Below are positions 1-13,237 of a DNA stretch of 63,837 nt, piece after piece; position 1 is the first letter of the stretch, and every line of letters begins with the position of its first letter. This DNA comes from Phoronis australis (Eukaryota > Animalia > Phoronida). Location: positions 187,846 through 251,682 of the forward strand of contig NMRA01000558.1 of NCBI GenBank assembly GCA_002633005.1, read 5' to 3'. The notes under the pieces are model-generated. The model was not told the DNA's origin. It did not search any database and saw only the letters and a program-made list of their open reading frames with translations. The position numbers and the translations under genes were made by a program.

Positions 1-238
1 AAGACTTTCACTGATGGATTTGGTAAACTTGACAACAAAAAATTAAGTTTAGAAATAGCTAATGTTTTAATTACCGTTACTCTACCAAACGGCGTTAAAT
101 TTCGTCGACTCCAACTTTTTAGTAAAGACTTGATCTCAGTTATTCTTGCAGTGAAGTTCTTATGCGTCATACTATCCAATTGAGTGTCGAAATCCACCCC
201 CAAAAATCTAAAAGATTTTTTTGTCCAAGACAAAATTT
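1..238 (-). mobile_element. L1/Tx1-clade LINE reverse transcriptase fragment (5'-truncated, continues beyond window start)
   Basis: Minus-strand translation LSWTKKSFRFLGVDFDTQLDSMTHKNFTARITEIKSLLKSWSRRNLTPFGRVTVIKTLAISKLNFLLSSLPNPS matches the (K/R)(Y/F)LG...W..R.L(S/T)..GR..(V/I)IK.L..SKL..L...LP pattern that follows the RT core in L1/Tx1 ORF2. Confidence 0.85.
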
Positions 239-826
239 CTTTTGTAGGAATCACGTTATGCAAAACTTGTTAAAGACACGACAGTTGTTTTTGACTATCT
301 TTATTTATTTCCTTTCCATTCGTATCCTCAGACCAAAGTTCGACATTCAAAAGAACATTTGTAAAGTAACTGACCAAGAGACATATCGTGTGATTTTTAA
401 TCATGTTAGACCGGGTGTTTTGCGGGTGCGCTCGGGAACGTACATTGGTGTACACTAGCAAAATGACTGCCGATGAAGTGATTGGTCAACGAGGCTAGAA
501 TATTGAATTACAGGAGTAAGTTGCTTATGAAAAACAGCCAATTCCGTTCCACAAGTGTCTCGCATTTCCAGAACGTGCTCCTCAATAAGGTCATGGGGTA
601 AACACAAGTCAGGCAATAACCAAACTTTTCCATTTCCAGCAAAAGGTTTATAGAATGTAACCAGCAGATAAATTGGAAGTGTCATGCAACACAGCCAAAA
701 TCAAATAAATGAAAGCTATGTTTTATGTATGTGTATTCGATTTTTCGCCCAACTGCGCATGGGTAGATTATCGAGCCACGTTTTTTTTTTCAGTTCATTA
801 TTCCCCAGGATGATTAGAGCTCACTA

Positions 827-1852
827 TTGCGGAGTAATAGAACAACATATTTTTACTGCAGTGCGTCAGGTGATTGCAAAAATCTGGCTTCATGTCTCAG
901 ATTTCTCTCTTGCTGTAATTGCAGTAAACCAGCCGGTAATAACACAAGACAAGACGGAACGAGCACAAAACGTGATTCGAAGAGTAGTTCTTCAAAAGAA
1001 ACTAAAACTTCAGATGGACGTTGGAAATGGCGCCGATTCTTTTACCAACCTTTCCATCAGGGACGCGACCAGCCCATCAAGCACGGATATCGTGGTCGGG
1101 ACTTGATGTCGTACAGGCCTGCAATTATTTACGTTCCCACAGAATTTGCGATACGCGGAAATGAGTACCGAAATTCTACGAATTTGAACAAACGTTATTT
1201 TCAAAACAAACCATTGGACTGGAACCGTGTGCTAGACAAGCGTAAGCCAAAGTTGTCGACCTGGTCTGCCAATCACGACAATATTTACTCTTACTTTAAC
1301 CCCAACAACAGAATTCGTCTGCTTCGCCACGATGCGCACAACACCACATCCTCTGGCATACTTTCTGGAAAGTACGTTGTCCCGGTCAAGGGAACGGCAA
1401 TTGCTCAGCGTTCATTGGCACGACCACCCCCCATCATACCATTGCCATTGCGAGTCGTTAGAAGGCACCAACAACAAGTCGTAAACGGCAGTGTCAGTGC
1501 TATGCACACGAGGGTGCCAATTGTTCGCCTCGGGGCCCGCCCCCAGTCGTCACCACCGAGACCACCAATATCTATTGGTAGTCGTCATTTGCAAAAAGAG
1601 ATCTTCCGAAGCATTCACCATCACGAAATGCGCCCACCCATTTCAAGACCCAACAAACAGGAAGACACGAGGGAAAGCGAAAAAAGTGGAGACAATGACA
1701 AACCTCGTGCGAAATATAATCACGTGACTCTATCTATACCTGCGTTCCTCGTTGAAAATGAACTAGTGCGAGAAACGGAAACACTGGCACTGTCTTGTGA
1801 CTTGTTTGGAGATGCGTCTGGAATTGAAGTTAGCGAGTTTGCCCAAGTTTAA
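827..1852 (+). CDS. Uncharacterised 341-codon open frame (Cys cluster, then basic/Pro-rich low-complexity region); possible terminal exon or orphan gene
   Basis: Longest ORF in the track; starts at TTG with an in-frame stop at 815-817. A polypyrimidine tract plus CAG lies at 781-793. No recognisable domain. Confidence 0.3.
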   Translation: MRSNRTTYFYCSASGDCKNLASCLRFLSCCNCSKPAGNNTRQDGTSTKRDSKSSSSKETKTSDGRWKWRRFFYQPFHQGRDQPIKHGYRGRDLMSYRPAIIYVPTEFAIRGNEYRNSTNLNKRYFQNKPLDWNRVLDKRKPKLSTWSANHDNIYSYFNPNNRIRLLRHDAHNTTSSGILSGKYVVPVKGTAIAQRSLARPPPIIPLPLRVVRRHQQQVVNGSVSAMHTRVPIVRLGARPQSSPPRPPISIGSRHLQKEIFRSIHHHEMRPPISRPNKQEDTRESEKSGDNDKPRAKYNHVTLSIPAFLVENELVRETETLALSCDLFGDASGIEVSEFAQV

Positions 1853-2129
1853 AGGGAAGTCCAGCGCATTGTTGTTACCTTCAGTTCAAATGCACATCCC
1901 TTGCTATCCATTCCTGTAGAGACATTTTCTGTGTTAATTGCTATATCAAAGGCGTTTACATGTATGTAATATTCATGGAACTTCAGGTGAAAGCAATCCG
2001 ACAAAGGGCCTGCGCCCATTGAGCACACAACATGTACTTAAATTAAATGACTTGTCTTATCAATGCGTTTAGCAAAAAATTAGTGAATGCAGAACCAAGA
2101 TATGTGTCCTTTTACGTCACTTTCTATTG

Positions 2130-2284
2130 CAGTGGAGGATTTAAGGGGGGCAAGGGGGCCATGGTCCCCCCTAAAATTCTCTCAGATTCCATCTGGCTGT
2201 TCGGGAGTGCGAATGTCTGACGGACAAAATATTGGCAAATACTCTGCCTGGACCCCCTAATTCAAAATCCTTGATCCACCCCTG
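2130..2284. mobile_element. MITE (hAT-like termini) with 5-bp TSD
   Basis: Termini CAGTGGAGGAT...GATCCACCCCTG; TATTG duplicated at 2125-2129 and 2285-2289. The left part recurs at 42224-42300. Confidence 0.75.
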
Positions 2285-2544
2285 TATTGATCCATATTTT
2301 ATAAATATGCACACGAGTAACAGTAATAAATACGTAATATGTACTTCCAAGACAACAAGGATCCGTATTTTACTAAACGTAACGTCAAATTGGTTGTTTT
2401 CTATATAATTGCCCGTAGTAAGGACGGCCACAAGACAGAAGCGCTAGTACCTGACTAAGGCGTTATTTGATTGTCTCAGGAGCATTCTACAGGAAAATGG
2501 TAGTTGGCGAGCACATGTGCTTTGTAGCTACATTATGTATCTCA

Positions 2545-4951
2545 TTTTTATGCGCCCACATATTTTTTAATGTGGTCGCATATTGCCGTCATCTCTGTCT
2601 GGGCGTCTGGCGTCCGCAGCTGTACAGCCCTTGCAGGATCTTATTGAAATGTGGCAGGTGTGTTCCTATGGGGTTGACGACAGAGGGCGACGAGTTTCGG
2701 ACCGACCCGAATACCGCTGTGGCCTATAGTGGCAATTTTAGTTTTTTACGTTCGCCTCTGTATCTCCAAAGGTACTAAACCGTTTTTCATGAAATTTGGC
2801 ACATAGGCATCTATTAATGACTTGACGCTATCCTCCCGGTTTTGGATGGATTCGAGGCATTTTGCTCCAGATAGTGGTCATTTTTACTATTTTCGAGTCG
2901 TTTTATGGCGTCCACCCCTCTAACAACCAAACCACTTTAAGGGTGATTGTGAAAATTGGCATGTATGTTCTTGCTGTGAAGAAGATAGTTGACGATGATT
3001 TTCTGACTGCTTAGACTGCTGTGGCGCCTCCTAGTGGCAGTTTTGTTTGTTTTTGTGCTCATGGCTGTATATCCTAAACGCTCTACAGGATCTTTATTAA
3101 ATTTAGCAAATGTATTTATATGAAGTTGACAACGGGTGACGACGACTTTCGGACAGATCGGTCTACCGGTGCGCCCCCTAGTTGCGATTTTAGTTTATCT
3201 CAACGGATTTACATAAAATTTGGCACTTAGACATCTATTAGTGAGGTGACGCTAGCAATAGTCCTTTTGCGAGTTTATAACTATAACGCGAGATTATATG
3301 AGACTCAACTGCGACGTCACGGGAAGTGGGGCAATAGCTTGTCGTTATGGCCATTTGCCCAATACGGTAGCAGAGTGTATTCTGTTATTTTCTTCGAGTT
3401 TTTAGCCGTTTAGTTCGAAAATGCCAAACAAGCATTGCTGTTATGGCTAATGAAATTCAGATTTGCACTACAATACGTTCAATCGCGTTCTGTGCTAATT
3501 TTGTCCCGTGTATTTTAAACGGGAGGTAGGCGAAATCCGCTCACTGATAAGTTTTCACCTCGTCAAAAATACTTTCTACACCTAAAATTATCACCTAAAA
3601 CTGCGCTTACTTCCTTCAGTGATCCTTTCTGCTTCTAAACATATCTTCGATGAAACATAGCTACGGGAAGTCAGGTGACTGGCGAAGAATTCCAACTCCA
3701 CTTTGTGGGTAGCCTACTGTTAACTTTGACCGCGCGCGCGATAACCACAAAGTATTTCAACTGAGTCCGGGAAGTACGAGGCAAAGGCTAGCGCGAGACT
3801 GAGCGAAGCGCGAGACCTGGCGCGTGACACTTGCAAAATAGCATGAGAAAATATCAAGTGAAATTTGTAAGATTTGTCTCCCTTGGACTTTTTTTCCTCA
3901 ACAGGCGTGATTTCACGTAACTTCCTCAAAATGGCGCACCGTGAGAGAAACTCGAGCGAACCGCGAGGTTTTCATGGATATGTTCAAGTTATTTGTTGAC
4001 TAAATGGTATCCAGAGTCAGAGTATGATGTTAATTATAACTCCATGTGCACATATGCATGTTTCATTTGATTTTATTTGCTGTATTTTGAAGTGAGTAAC
4101 TTTTTATGGGGATACACTATCGCCCCTGTATGCCCGCGGCATTCAGGCCAAGACCGGGTTGAGTTCCACTGATTTCAGTCCGTTCACACCTTCGCACAAC
4201 ATTACAAGTTCACATTTTCTTCGTCCATTTACAGTTATTCCACGATCCATCTACCAACTCTAAAGTTGTGTTAACGTTTTAAGCGTAAAATTCACCATAA
4301 GAACTCCAGTAAGATTTAGCGTGTGTAGCAAAGACTCGGGGCAAAACAAGAGCAATATGGCGGGTTTTGCCCCTCTTCCGGTGACGTCACATTGACTGAC
4401 GAGAAACTCGCAAGCCTTCGGATAGATTCAAGGTGTTTTGCGCCACCTAGTGGTCTTCGAGTCAACCAAACCACTCAAAGGATGATTGTGAAAGTTGGCG
4501 TGCGTTCTTTCCATGAAGGGGACGGTTGACGGTTCTTTTTCTGACGACTCTGACCACTGTGGCGCCTCCTAGTGGCAGTTTTTTTGCACCCATACCTGTA
4601 TCTCCTAAGCCCTCTGCAGGATCTTTAATAAATTTAGCCCGTATATTTATATGAAGTTAACGAGAGAAGACGACTTTTATACGGATCCGACGAACATTGT
4701 GTCCCCTAATGGCAATTTCATTTTTTTTTTTTCGTTTTCCTCTGTTTCTTTGAAGTTCCCCGACAAATTTTAATGAAATTTGGTAAATGGCTTTCTTTTA
4801 AAGAAACAATGACATTTTCTTGTTTTCAGACGGATTCGACGTATTTTGCGCCATCTAGTGGCCATTTTGATAATACAGATAAACAATCCTAAAAGCACAC
4901 CATTTTCTATGCATTCGTGGGCGCATTTCAACGCTCCTCGTTGCTCTTGTT
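2545..4951 (+). mobile_element. Non-autonomous Helentron-type element (HINE/DINE-1-like) with internal tandem repeats
   Basis: T-run, 5' subTIR ATGCGCCCAC (2550-2559), nearby inverted copy (2571-2581) and GTCT/GTCC-like microsatellite remnant. 3' subTIR GTGGGCGCAT (4917-4926), hairpin CAACG-CTCCT-CGTTG (4929-4943), then CTTGTT. Internal degenerate repeats with AAATTTGG/AAATTTAG and CTAGTGG cores. Confidence 0.7.
3259..4414. mobile_element. Probable non-autonomous DNA element nested in the Helentron-type element
   Basis: Interrupts a repeat unit (compare the intact unit at 2824-2880 with 3248-3258 joined to 4415-4455). Inverted ends TTGCGAGTTT / AAACTCGCAA. Confidence 0.5.
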
Positions 4952-5821
4952 ATGAGGGCCAGTGGGCCCGTAATCGAACCCCCCCCCCCCCTCCGCGGAA
5001 AAGGTCCAGCCCCAGCCTATCTTTTAAAGATAGGATACAGATGGACAAAAACAAAATTGTTGCAGCTACTGGTACTACTAACTACAATGATAATTACGAT
5101 AGTAATAATTTCGAATTTCCTTCTGATTCAAAGTACTTCACCGCGTAATCACGCTGTACCCGGCCAACTTCAACCCGAGTTGCCGTGTTTACACAGATGA
5201 CAGGATCGTGCAGACGATAAGTGGAGCTTTATATGTTATTACAATGACACCGAATGTGCTGGTGGCTACACCATATTGTAACTAGGGAATCTAGAAGAGA
5301 ATCCAATGTCTGTACTGGCCTAGCTTAGCTACATAGAGAGAGAGCTCCCAAAAAGTAGTGCGGTGTGAATCCCTTAAAATCGATCAAGAAATAAAACGGC
5401 AGACAATAGGTGTGTTATCTGATATTATTTGCTAGCATGGTGTGGTAAAGGGCAAGCGTTTCAAATTTGGAATTGAAAGTGTTCGTCAAACACAGGTACG
5501 TTTTTCATACAGTGTCCCCTTCTGTTGTGGACTGGTGGATTGACATGCATGCGTGTACACGTGTGTTTAAATTCAGTAGAAGCCGACGGTAAGTTAACAT
5601 AGGCAGCCTTCCGTCGTTGCTCAAAAACCAGAATTTAACTATAACCGTGTTTTCTTGCACTGAGAAAACACAGACGAGCATGTTCACAATTTTGGGAAAA
5701 AGCAGGTCTAGACCCAATAAAAACTTTGGTCAATGGAGATAAACTTCTCTTGTCAATAGTGTCAATGGTGCGCAGCCTCACAGACTTCATACGAGCAACT
5801 AACTTGATGGAAAAGATTTCC

Positions 5822-8800
5822 AAGGTTAGATGCCACTATTCTGAAGGTTCGCTACTTCGAAGGTCCACTACTCCGAATGTTCACTAATTCGAAGGTCCAC
5901 TACTCCGAAGGTTCACCACCTTCGAAAGTTCACTACTTCGAATGTCCACTATTCCAAAACCAGAACTCCGACAGTTATTTTTTTTTTCTTAAATACAAGC
6001 AAAGGCCCAGGAGTCGATTTCGCATTATATTTAGGCTCTAATTCACACGCTTGTCCACATTCACTAGTAAAACCTAGCCCAGGGGAGTAGCAGACACCTT
6101 TGTGTAATGCTCGATTGTCAGCCAGTGAAGCCAGGATTCCAACCCAGGCCTCCCAAACAGGAGTCCCGACCTCTGACTGTCTGCTAAGGAGTCTTAACAA
6201 TCATGAATAAAGTATCGCATTTGTGTCCGTTTATTAACCATTTAAAGAGTGTGCAAAAGTTGAATAGTTCTTAATACATTGATTACCTTGTTTACAAATG
6301 AGCTCAGTTCCAATCACTGCCAATCGTGAATTTTGAAACAAACTAACGACTCATTCTCAAGCATGGACAACATCTTGGGCAAGGGTCAGGGCTGCGGCGA
6401 CCAACGGTTTTAAATTCAAAAAGACGGAATGGGGCTCTCTGACTTCGTGAAGACTGGCAGGGACAGAGTAGCCTGCTAACTATATTTACTTTCGACCCGG
6501 CCGTGTGCGTGGTTCCGGTGGGTGAGGTTCAGACGCAGCGGCCTAAACTTTTCAGTCGCGCTGTGAAATGAAGCGACCTTGACATGGGTTTGATGAATGT
6601 ATCGTGGTTCATAATTCATCAATATTCCCACTCCAACGTTCTCATTTTCCGTGTTCGTAAGACATACAGGCAATTTCGCGTGCGCATGAAATCCAAACAA
6701 AGTATTTCATTATCCGGGCGTTTTTTCGGTATAGGTACATGCACACCATTCAGTGAGTGTATCAAATAACCGAAGTATCATTCACAGCGGCGGATCTACG
6801 GGGGTCGACACTTCTGAAGTAGCCAAGCATTATAGATGGATCCACCGCTGAAAGAGCAGCTCTATAGCTGATTTCTTTAGGTAACTAGCTTCTTTACTCT
6901 AAGATATGTTTTGATTTGATTAGGGGAAATATTGTGGTGCCGCAACCCTGATATTCAGGCGAATTGATGTGAAACGTTTTTACCTCATCTGTCATGCCGT
7001 GCCATCCTATTTCACTCCACACGTTTGTAACTCGAATTTGACTGATATAAAGTAAAGTTGTCTTGCGCTATATCATACAGTGTACATGTACATGTAATAT
7101 TTTTGAAAAAAAAATCTTCCGAAGAAATGCTACTGTGGTGGGCGCCGTGGTCTGGTCGCGAGTCAGTTTAAAGATACACTCTAACAAGTTATGTCTATAC
7201 AAGGAATGACCAAGGGGGCACTCACATTGACAATGTGACCGCATTCGCGAACAGTGTATAGTACCAGAAATTACGGGGAGGCTGTTCTTTCACAACAAAG
7301 GCTTGCGGGACTCGTGCAATGTTCAATAGGTCTCCTAAGGAGCCCTATTTCCGACCTCAAGAGCTACCGTCTTTCTACCTGCAATAAGCAAACTGCCGTC
7401 TTCTATACTGACAATTTCCACAGAAAGGCCCACCCGATGAAACGCTCATACCCATTGGCATTTATTTGATGTTAGTACTTCGGGTTTCAAGCGTTCAGAC
7501 AATGGTACGTTTATTTCGAAAATTGCAAGAGATGCAAATAGGTCCTGGGATACATCGTCAAGGTTTGAACTAGTCCATGATGAACGGATCAAATTTAGTT
7601 GCGCATGTAAGTCTTTTAAATGGACTTGAAAACCTCAAGGGTCTTAGTGCCAACTGAGCTGCAAAACGAGATGCTGGCATTGTAGTGGCTTACAAGCTCA
7701 TTGACACAGCAGTTGACGAAGTGCAAGCGTTGGGAACAAACATCGAAGATATCTGGGTAGAATGGTTCCAAGACGAGCAAACCATTGGATCCGACATACA
7801 GATTTTTCGGCAGTCTAGACAACAGAAGGATAGAACTAACGTATGAGTAACCACTGGGGATTAAAAAGTGTCTAGAGAGAAGTTTTCAATTCAAAATTTT
7901 TTGCATAGTACACTTTAGGTCTCGCGACGGACCAGGTCAGCTTGATTTGCGTAGATATTGAGTTTCAATGTACTTCTGGTCCCTCGGCGAACTAGTCTTG
8001 GGATTTTTTTTACCAAAGTGTGCTTTGTAAAACTATTTATCTCCGCCAGTACTGTTTGGTCCCGAGACAGATCGACTATTTTTATAGGGATAATAAGCAC
8101 AGGTGTACTCTTGGTCTCTTGACGGACCAGGTCAGCATTTTTGTGTACTCTCAGTGTACATCTGGTCCCTCTGCAAACTGGACCAGTATATCTTTTCACC
8201 ACTGTGCACAGGATGTTTTGGTTTCGTGAACCTGTTTTCAGATGATGATTTGTTTCCTGATACATTTGATGTTTTTCAATTGTTGTCAACGTTATTCAGC
8301 TTAATAAAGTGATACTTAACTATTTATTGTCGCTTTCAATAATAGACTATGAGCTGAGAGCACCATCGTTCTCCAATTTTTCTCGCAACGAGACAGAACA
8401 CATGTTTATTTCCGGACTTATAGTACAGGTCTTCGTTCTTAAGCAACTTGAGGTGCTGTTACGCGATCATCTGATATTCAAGTTTCTACGCCCCGTCGGT
8501 GCTCCTTATGCTCTTAAATATTTGGAAGTTGTCTAAACCCCTGTAGACACACCACACTTTTTCGTATATGACTTTTAGTATGCTAAAAAAGGTGTGTGTA
8601 AGCAGATGTTCAAGCAAAAATGTTTGCTGGTGGCGTGACTCATACCCAAATGTGCACAATATGGTTTCACGAAACTTATGAGCCAAGTTCATGTGACGAA
8701 ATCGAGAAGGGTTTAAAATCATCTTAAGAAAAACTCCAGAGAGACATGTTAAGCGCCAGAAACTTACCAGGATGCATGGAAATTTCACTATTTGGCTACG

Positions 8801-9037
8801 AAAACAAAAAATGTCTTACACGGGGGGTTTTCCCCCTCCCGACCTCCCCCCGCTCTGCGCCACTCGCTTAGGATTCGACCTTTGCGGGAATCCTAAACCC
8901 CCTTACTGAAAACGTAGATCTGCCACTGATTCATTTTTGTATGTAAAAGTGTAAAAATTACACATGTGTTGAAAAAGTTAGATCTTTAAGTAGTAGTGAA
9001 CCTTCGAAATATTGAACCTTCGGGATGGCGAATCGGA
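5822..9037. mobile_element. Foldback-like element with subterminal ~16-bp tandem repeats, split by a hAT insertion
   Basis: About 7 units of GAAGGTCCACTACTCC-like sequence at 5832-5955; reverse-complement units (AGTAGTGAACCTTCG) at about 8990-9035. Confidence 0.55.
6785..8928 (+). mobile_element. Decayed hAT DNA transposon with 5-bp TSD and transposase remnant
   Basis: TIRs CAGCGGCGGATCTACG / CGTAGATCTGCCACTG; ATTCA duplicated at 6780-6784 and 8929-8933. About 7595-7830 translates, with a frameshift, to LLNGLENLKGLSA.LQ.RDAGIVVAYKLIDTAVDEVQALGTNIEDIWVEWF...RQQ, resembling the THAP12/ZMYM1-type hAT transposase region. Confidence 0.75.
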
Positions 9038-12000
9038 TGGTGAGTAGTTGGCTGCTTCCATTTCGAACTAATCGCCGATCCAAATATCGACGAAATGACC
9101 AAGATTAGCAGACGACGTACTTGCCGGAAGTAAGGCTTGGTAACACTTCAGGCGCCGCTACTGCCTAGTGACGTCACGGCTTGTGCGTACGATCACAGAT
9201 TTCACCCATTGAAAGTATGCGGAGTTGGCGGTCCATGTACTACAGTCTATGGTCTCATTAGTAAATGTACCTTTCAATGCATGTATTAACTTTTCTTGAA
9301 TTTTTTCTGATTCAAAAAATTGCCTCTAACGTGTGTGACGGACGTCTTTAAAAAATTTCTAAACGCTAATTTTCTGTGAGTTAAAAGAGTTTTTAAAATA
9401 TGTTTTATATGGTGACTTAGTGGACTGCTTGTGAAGAAAATGACAACATTTTTGGTGCCTGATATTTAGAAATTTTTGTTAGACAACTCGATGAAAGTTG
9501 AGAGAGTGTGGTGGACGTACCAGACAAACCATTCCTGTGCTCTCACTTTGTAGTACATGTATTAAATTGTTTGTTGTGGCTAAGATATCAATTCAGAATA
9601 ATTCAAATTTTAGTATTTAAGCTGATTCAATTTGTTTAATCAAAATATACATGTACCGATTGCCCTTTTGCACGAAATCATTACCTTGGGAAAGACTAGG
9701 CTGGGTATGTACTCAAGGATTTTAAGTTTTCATTTGATTAAAGGTGTAAAAGAACCTCTTCAAATCCTCACTTTTGTTAGAAGATAGTAACGAACATGGA
9801 CGGGAATGGGAGTGATAGTTATTTTATAGTTTACACCTGTCGTTATCCAGGAAAATTTGTTTGCATTAAGTTGAATAGAAATTCAAAACTAGTTAGTAAA
9901 CGTGGCTATCCTAAATATAAAATGTTAATTAGAGTTTAAAACGGTGCGAATCATCGTTGAAATTAAAAAAAAAACATTTTAATTATTTGTTTCAAAATTA
10001 GGACTAGGCTTGTACAGACTTATTGCCGGGGTCACGTCGCTGATGGTCTGGTGCATAGTCATGATGATAAAGGCGATGTTTTACAAGTATTAGTAACCGG
10101 ACTTCAGTATCTTCTTATAACAAAGTGTGAAGCAAGCAAGTGCTTCAGCATGGTTCAGCTGACAGCATCGGCTCATTTTTATCCAAAACAGCAGCGCTGT
10201 CTTGCAGTGTGAAGGAAGACATAAATTACAATAAATTTAGGATTATGACTTAGCAATATGTGGAGTTAATTAATTATCAGATACTGGTCCTAAGTAGGTT
10301 AGATTTTCTTTCAGCTATTTAACCCGTGTCTTCATTTCAATTTTAATGAGAGGCATTATCTATAAAGTCGCATCACGGTTCAAGTTGGCATAGTTGATCC
10401 ACGATGGCATTTTTTCGAGTTCCGATGCGTCTGATTTAAATTCGCAGCAAATTCTTCACTTGATTTTATAGCCGTCTCTATTTAATCTTTTTAGGTTCTT
10501 AGGTGAGGTACAAATGTTATCTTCTAAAAGCTTGTAAAGTAAAAGTGAGGCCTTTACATTCGCACGTGACGACATTCAAATTTCCGTTCATTTGTCACAA
10601 AATTTCTGACTCAACGAGTAACCCCTGGGATGTAAAATTTTGGTCAGTAGTATTAAGTAACAAGTTGAAAATGATATGAAATTATTTCGATTTTGATTGA
10701 AAACGTTTGACGTAACTAAAATTTGTAGCACATTTTGTGGCGGATGAACGGCACCATGATATCCAGGAGTTGGCCTTTGACCCCGAGAGGTGGACGAAGT
10801 GCCACGGGTGGAAGGATATTTTTAGATATTCTAGGCTTGCTGTGATTGCATAATTTTGATAAAAAAGTGAAACGTTTATAATTAGCTTTTTTACAACAGT
10901 AATTAGCAAAACACATAAAAAACCACGGTATTTTTTATGTCAAGTAACCCGCAAAAATGGATCAGTTTAGGAAAAAAATATGTTATAGGAAGTTCAACGT
11001 AGGCCCTGAAACTAGAGAGACTGAGCTTTCAGGACTGGGACCAGAAATGTTAATATAGTCACAATTTTATTTCTTCTCTCTTGGCTGACCTTTTCACGGA
11101 ATTACCCGTGTTGAAACCATATGCCTGATTCATGAATTAAGTTCTGTGTATCTTTGTTGTTCGCAGCACGACAATGGAGCAGACGGACAAGAGACATAAG
11201 AAATTAAAGATTAAAACGACAGTCTCGATATATAACTGTCATTCAACCCATTAACGTCGCTCTCCCATCTGTATCTGCAATACTTTGTACACGAATGCCG
11301 CGTTGCGTTGTCGCCAAAATTTCGACATTTTCCTATGAAAGATTTTGTGTAGACTCTCATCCGCAAACTAATCATTTCAGTACAATTTGGACAAAGCGTA
11401 ACACATTTCATGCGTGCTGTAAGTGAGGCGGAAATGGTTTTTTTTTTAATGTCACACATATAATTTTGTGACGCTTCCGATAAAAATATTGTAAAACAAC
11501 TGTCTTCTAACATCAAGCCAGCCTCAACAATCTCATTCGTGCTTGAACTCAACCCCAGAACAACACGCAATGTCATGGTTGAATAATGAGATCTGATTAT
11601 TTTGTCTGAATCGCAGTGATGAGGTTTGTCTGCCTCGTAAAAACTCAACATGGGATTTTTTTAAGGACTAATCGTATTGGCCCTTTCTAGAGTAATGAGA
11701 GTGAGAAAGCGACTTTTCCTTGATCCCGACAGAAATTCATTACTACAGGGTGTATATAGTAGTTCATTAATAAGTCCAACTATCAACCCCACCCCTCTTA
11801 TTTTATAAGCTGAATTTCACTAATTTATTATAGATTTTTGACATCATCTGGGATCGAAATTTTTCCGTTTCATCAATTACAGGCAAAATAGTGGCAAAAT
11901 GTTTTTTAAAGATGATCATCATGATTTTACGGGGAACCAAGAGTGTTTTTTCTCGTAATCCGGAAATCCCAAACGTTTGACATAATTGCCTGCAGAGGGC

Positions 12001-13237
12001 GGAAGTTTGTGTAACTAACAGAATTGATTGTTGTTGCACAGAACAAAAATTATCTAGTTTTGGCATCAAACGCAAAGCCGTCCCACCTGACCATTTCCAT
12101 GCAGTCGATTACCTTCAACAAAGCTGATGTCGTAAGGTGGAGAAAATCAAAGTAACTCCTATTAAGTTTTCTTTACCAGAAAACGTGTTCAATGGGAACA
12201 CACTGCTGTCGTTGATCGAGAAGCGCACATTTTGTGGGCATTTAAGCAAACAGTCAGCTGTGCGGAGTGCAAAGAAATCATATTCGTTGTTTCTCTGCGC
12301 AATTAGAGTCAATCACGTCAAGCTCCCTAACACTTTGCCTTTAAAAAAAAATTCAGCAGTCTTGGAATGCGAAAAACATTATTTCCAGTTTCCAATAAAA
12401 CATTTCTGAAGATGAGCATTTTGAGACAACTTACATAAGGGCGGTGAATTACATCATCTAACATCTTAATATTTCACATTTTTCAAATACCTGAATTATG
12501 ATTACCTTGACCCAAGAAATTTTCCTCGCGAAAACTTTACACTTTACTATATTGTATACGGGCAAGACATGCAGCTTGGCTCTTGTTCTATTGAAATGTC
12601 ATGGCAACTGAATGTTTATTCCATTCACTGTAAATATATCATCCGTGTCTTTAATTTCTGGCACATTCAAAATACTCGTGTTAAATACTAAAATGCAATC
12701 TTCCTGGTTGCCTTATTTCAATGAAACTGGCAAAGTCTTCGTAAGCCGGTCAAGACTTCGTGTTGCCACTTCTCTGCCGTGGTTGTCACCAATGTTGCAC
12801 TACTATTGCAGATATAAATGCAAGAATGCAGTACAGTTTAAACTTTTATTATTTTCCAATATAATCAGTGTAATACAGGTGTACAAAATACTATATCCAT
12901 ACTAGTAAGCATTCAAAACTCAATAACATATGCATATGATTCACAACAAAGGTGAATACACTCATTATTCTGCCAAACGTGCACTTAGTTCAGATTCAAT
13001 GGTAACAATGCGTGCCATTCACACTCTCAACTCATTACGTAGCGTGTGCATTACACATTCATAAATATATATCAATAAATACGTCATTTCTAGTTGTGAT
13101 TTGATGACAAAGATGATAGAATGAGTTAAATGACATAATGATCCGCCTTGGGAGTATAATTTTAATTAGAAAATGTACTTTTTCTACAAGTACGAAGCAA
13201 CATCTCTTTCCAGCACCAACATAGGTGGTGTTCCTCC

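Noticed and set aside
9040-12500. Protein-coding genes among the short ORFs here and in 17000-22400 and 42400-45000
   Set aside because: No recognisable motifs or consistent splice chains; probably decayed repeats that I cannot classify.
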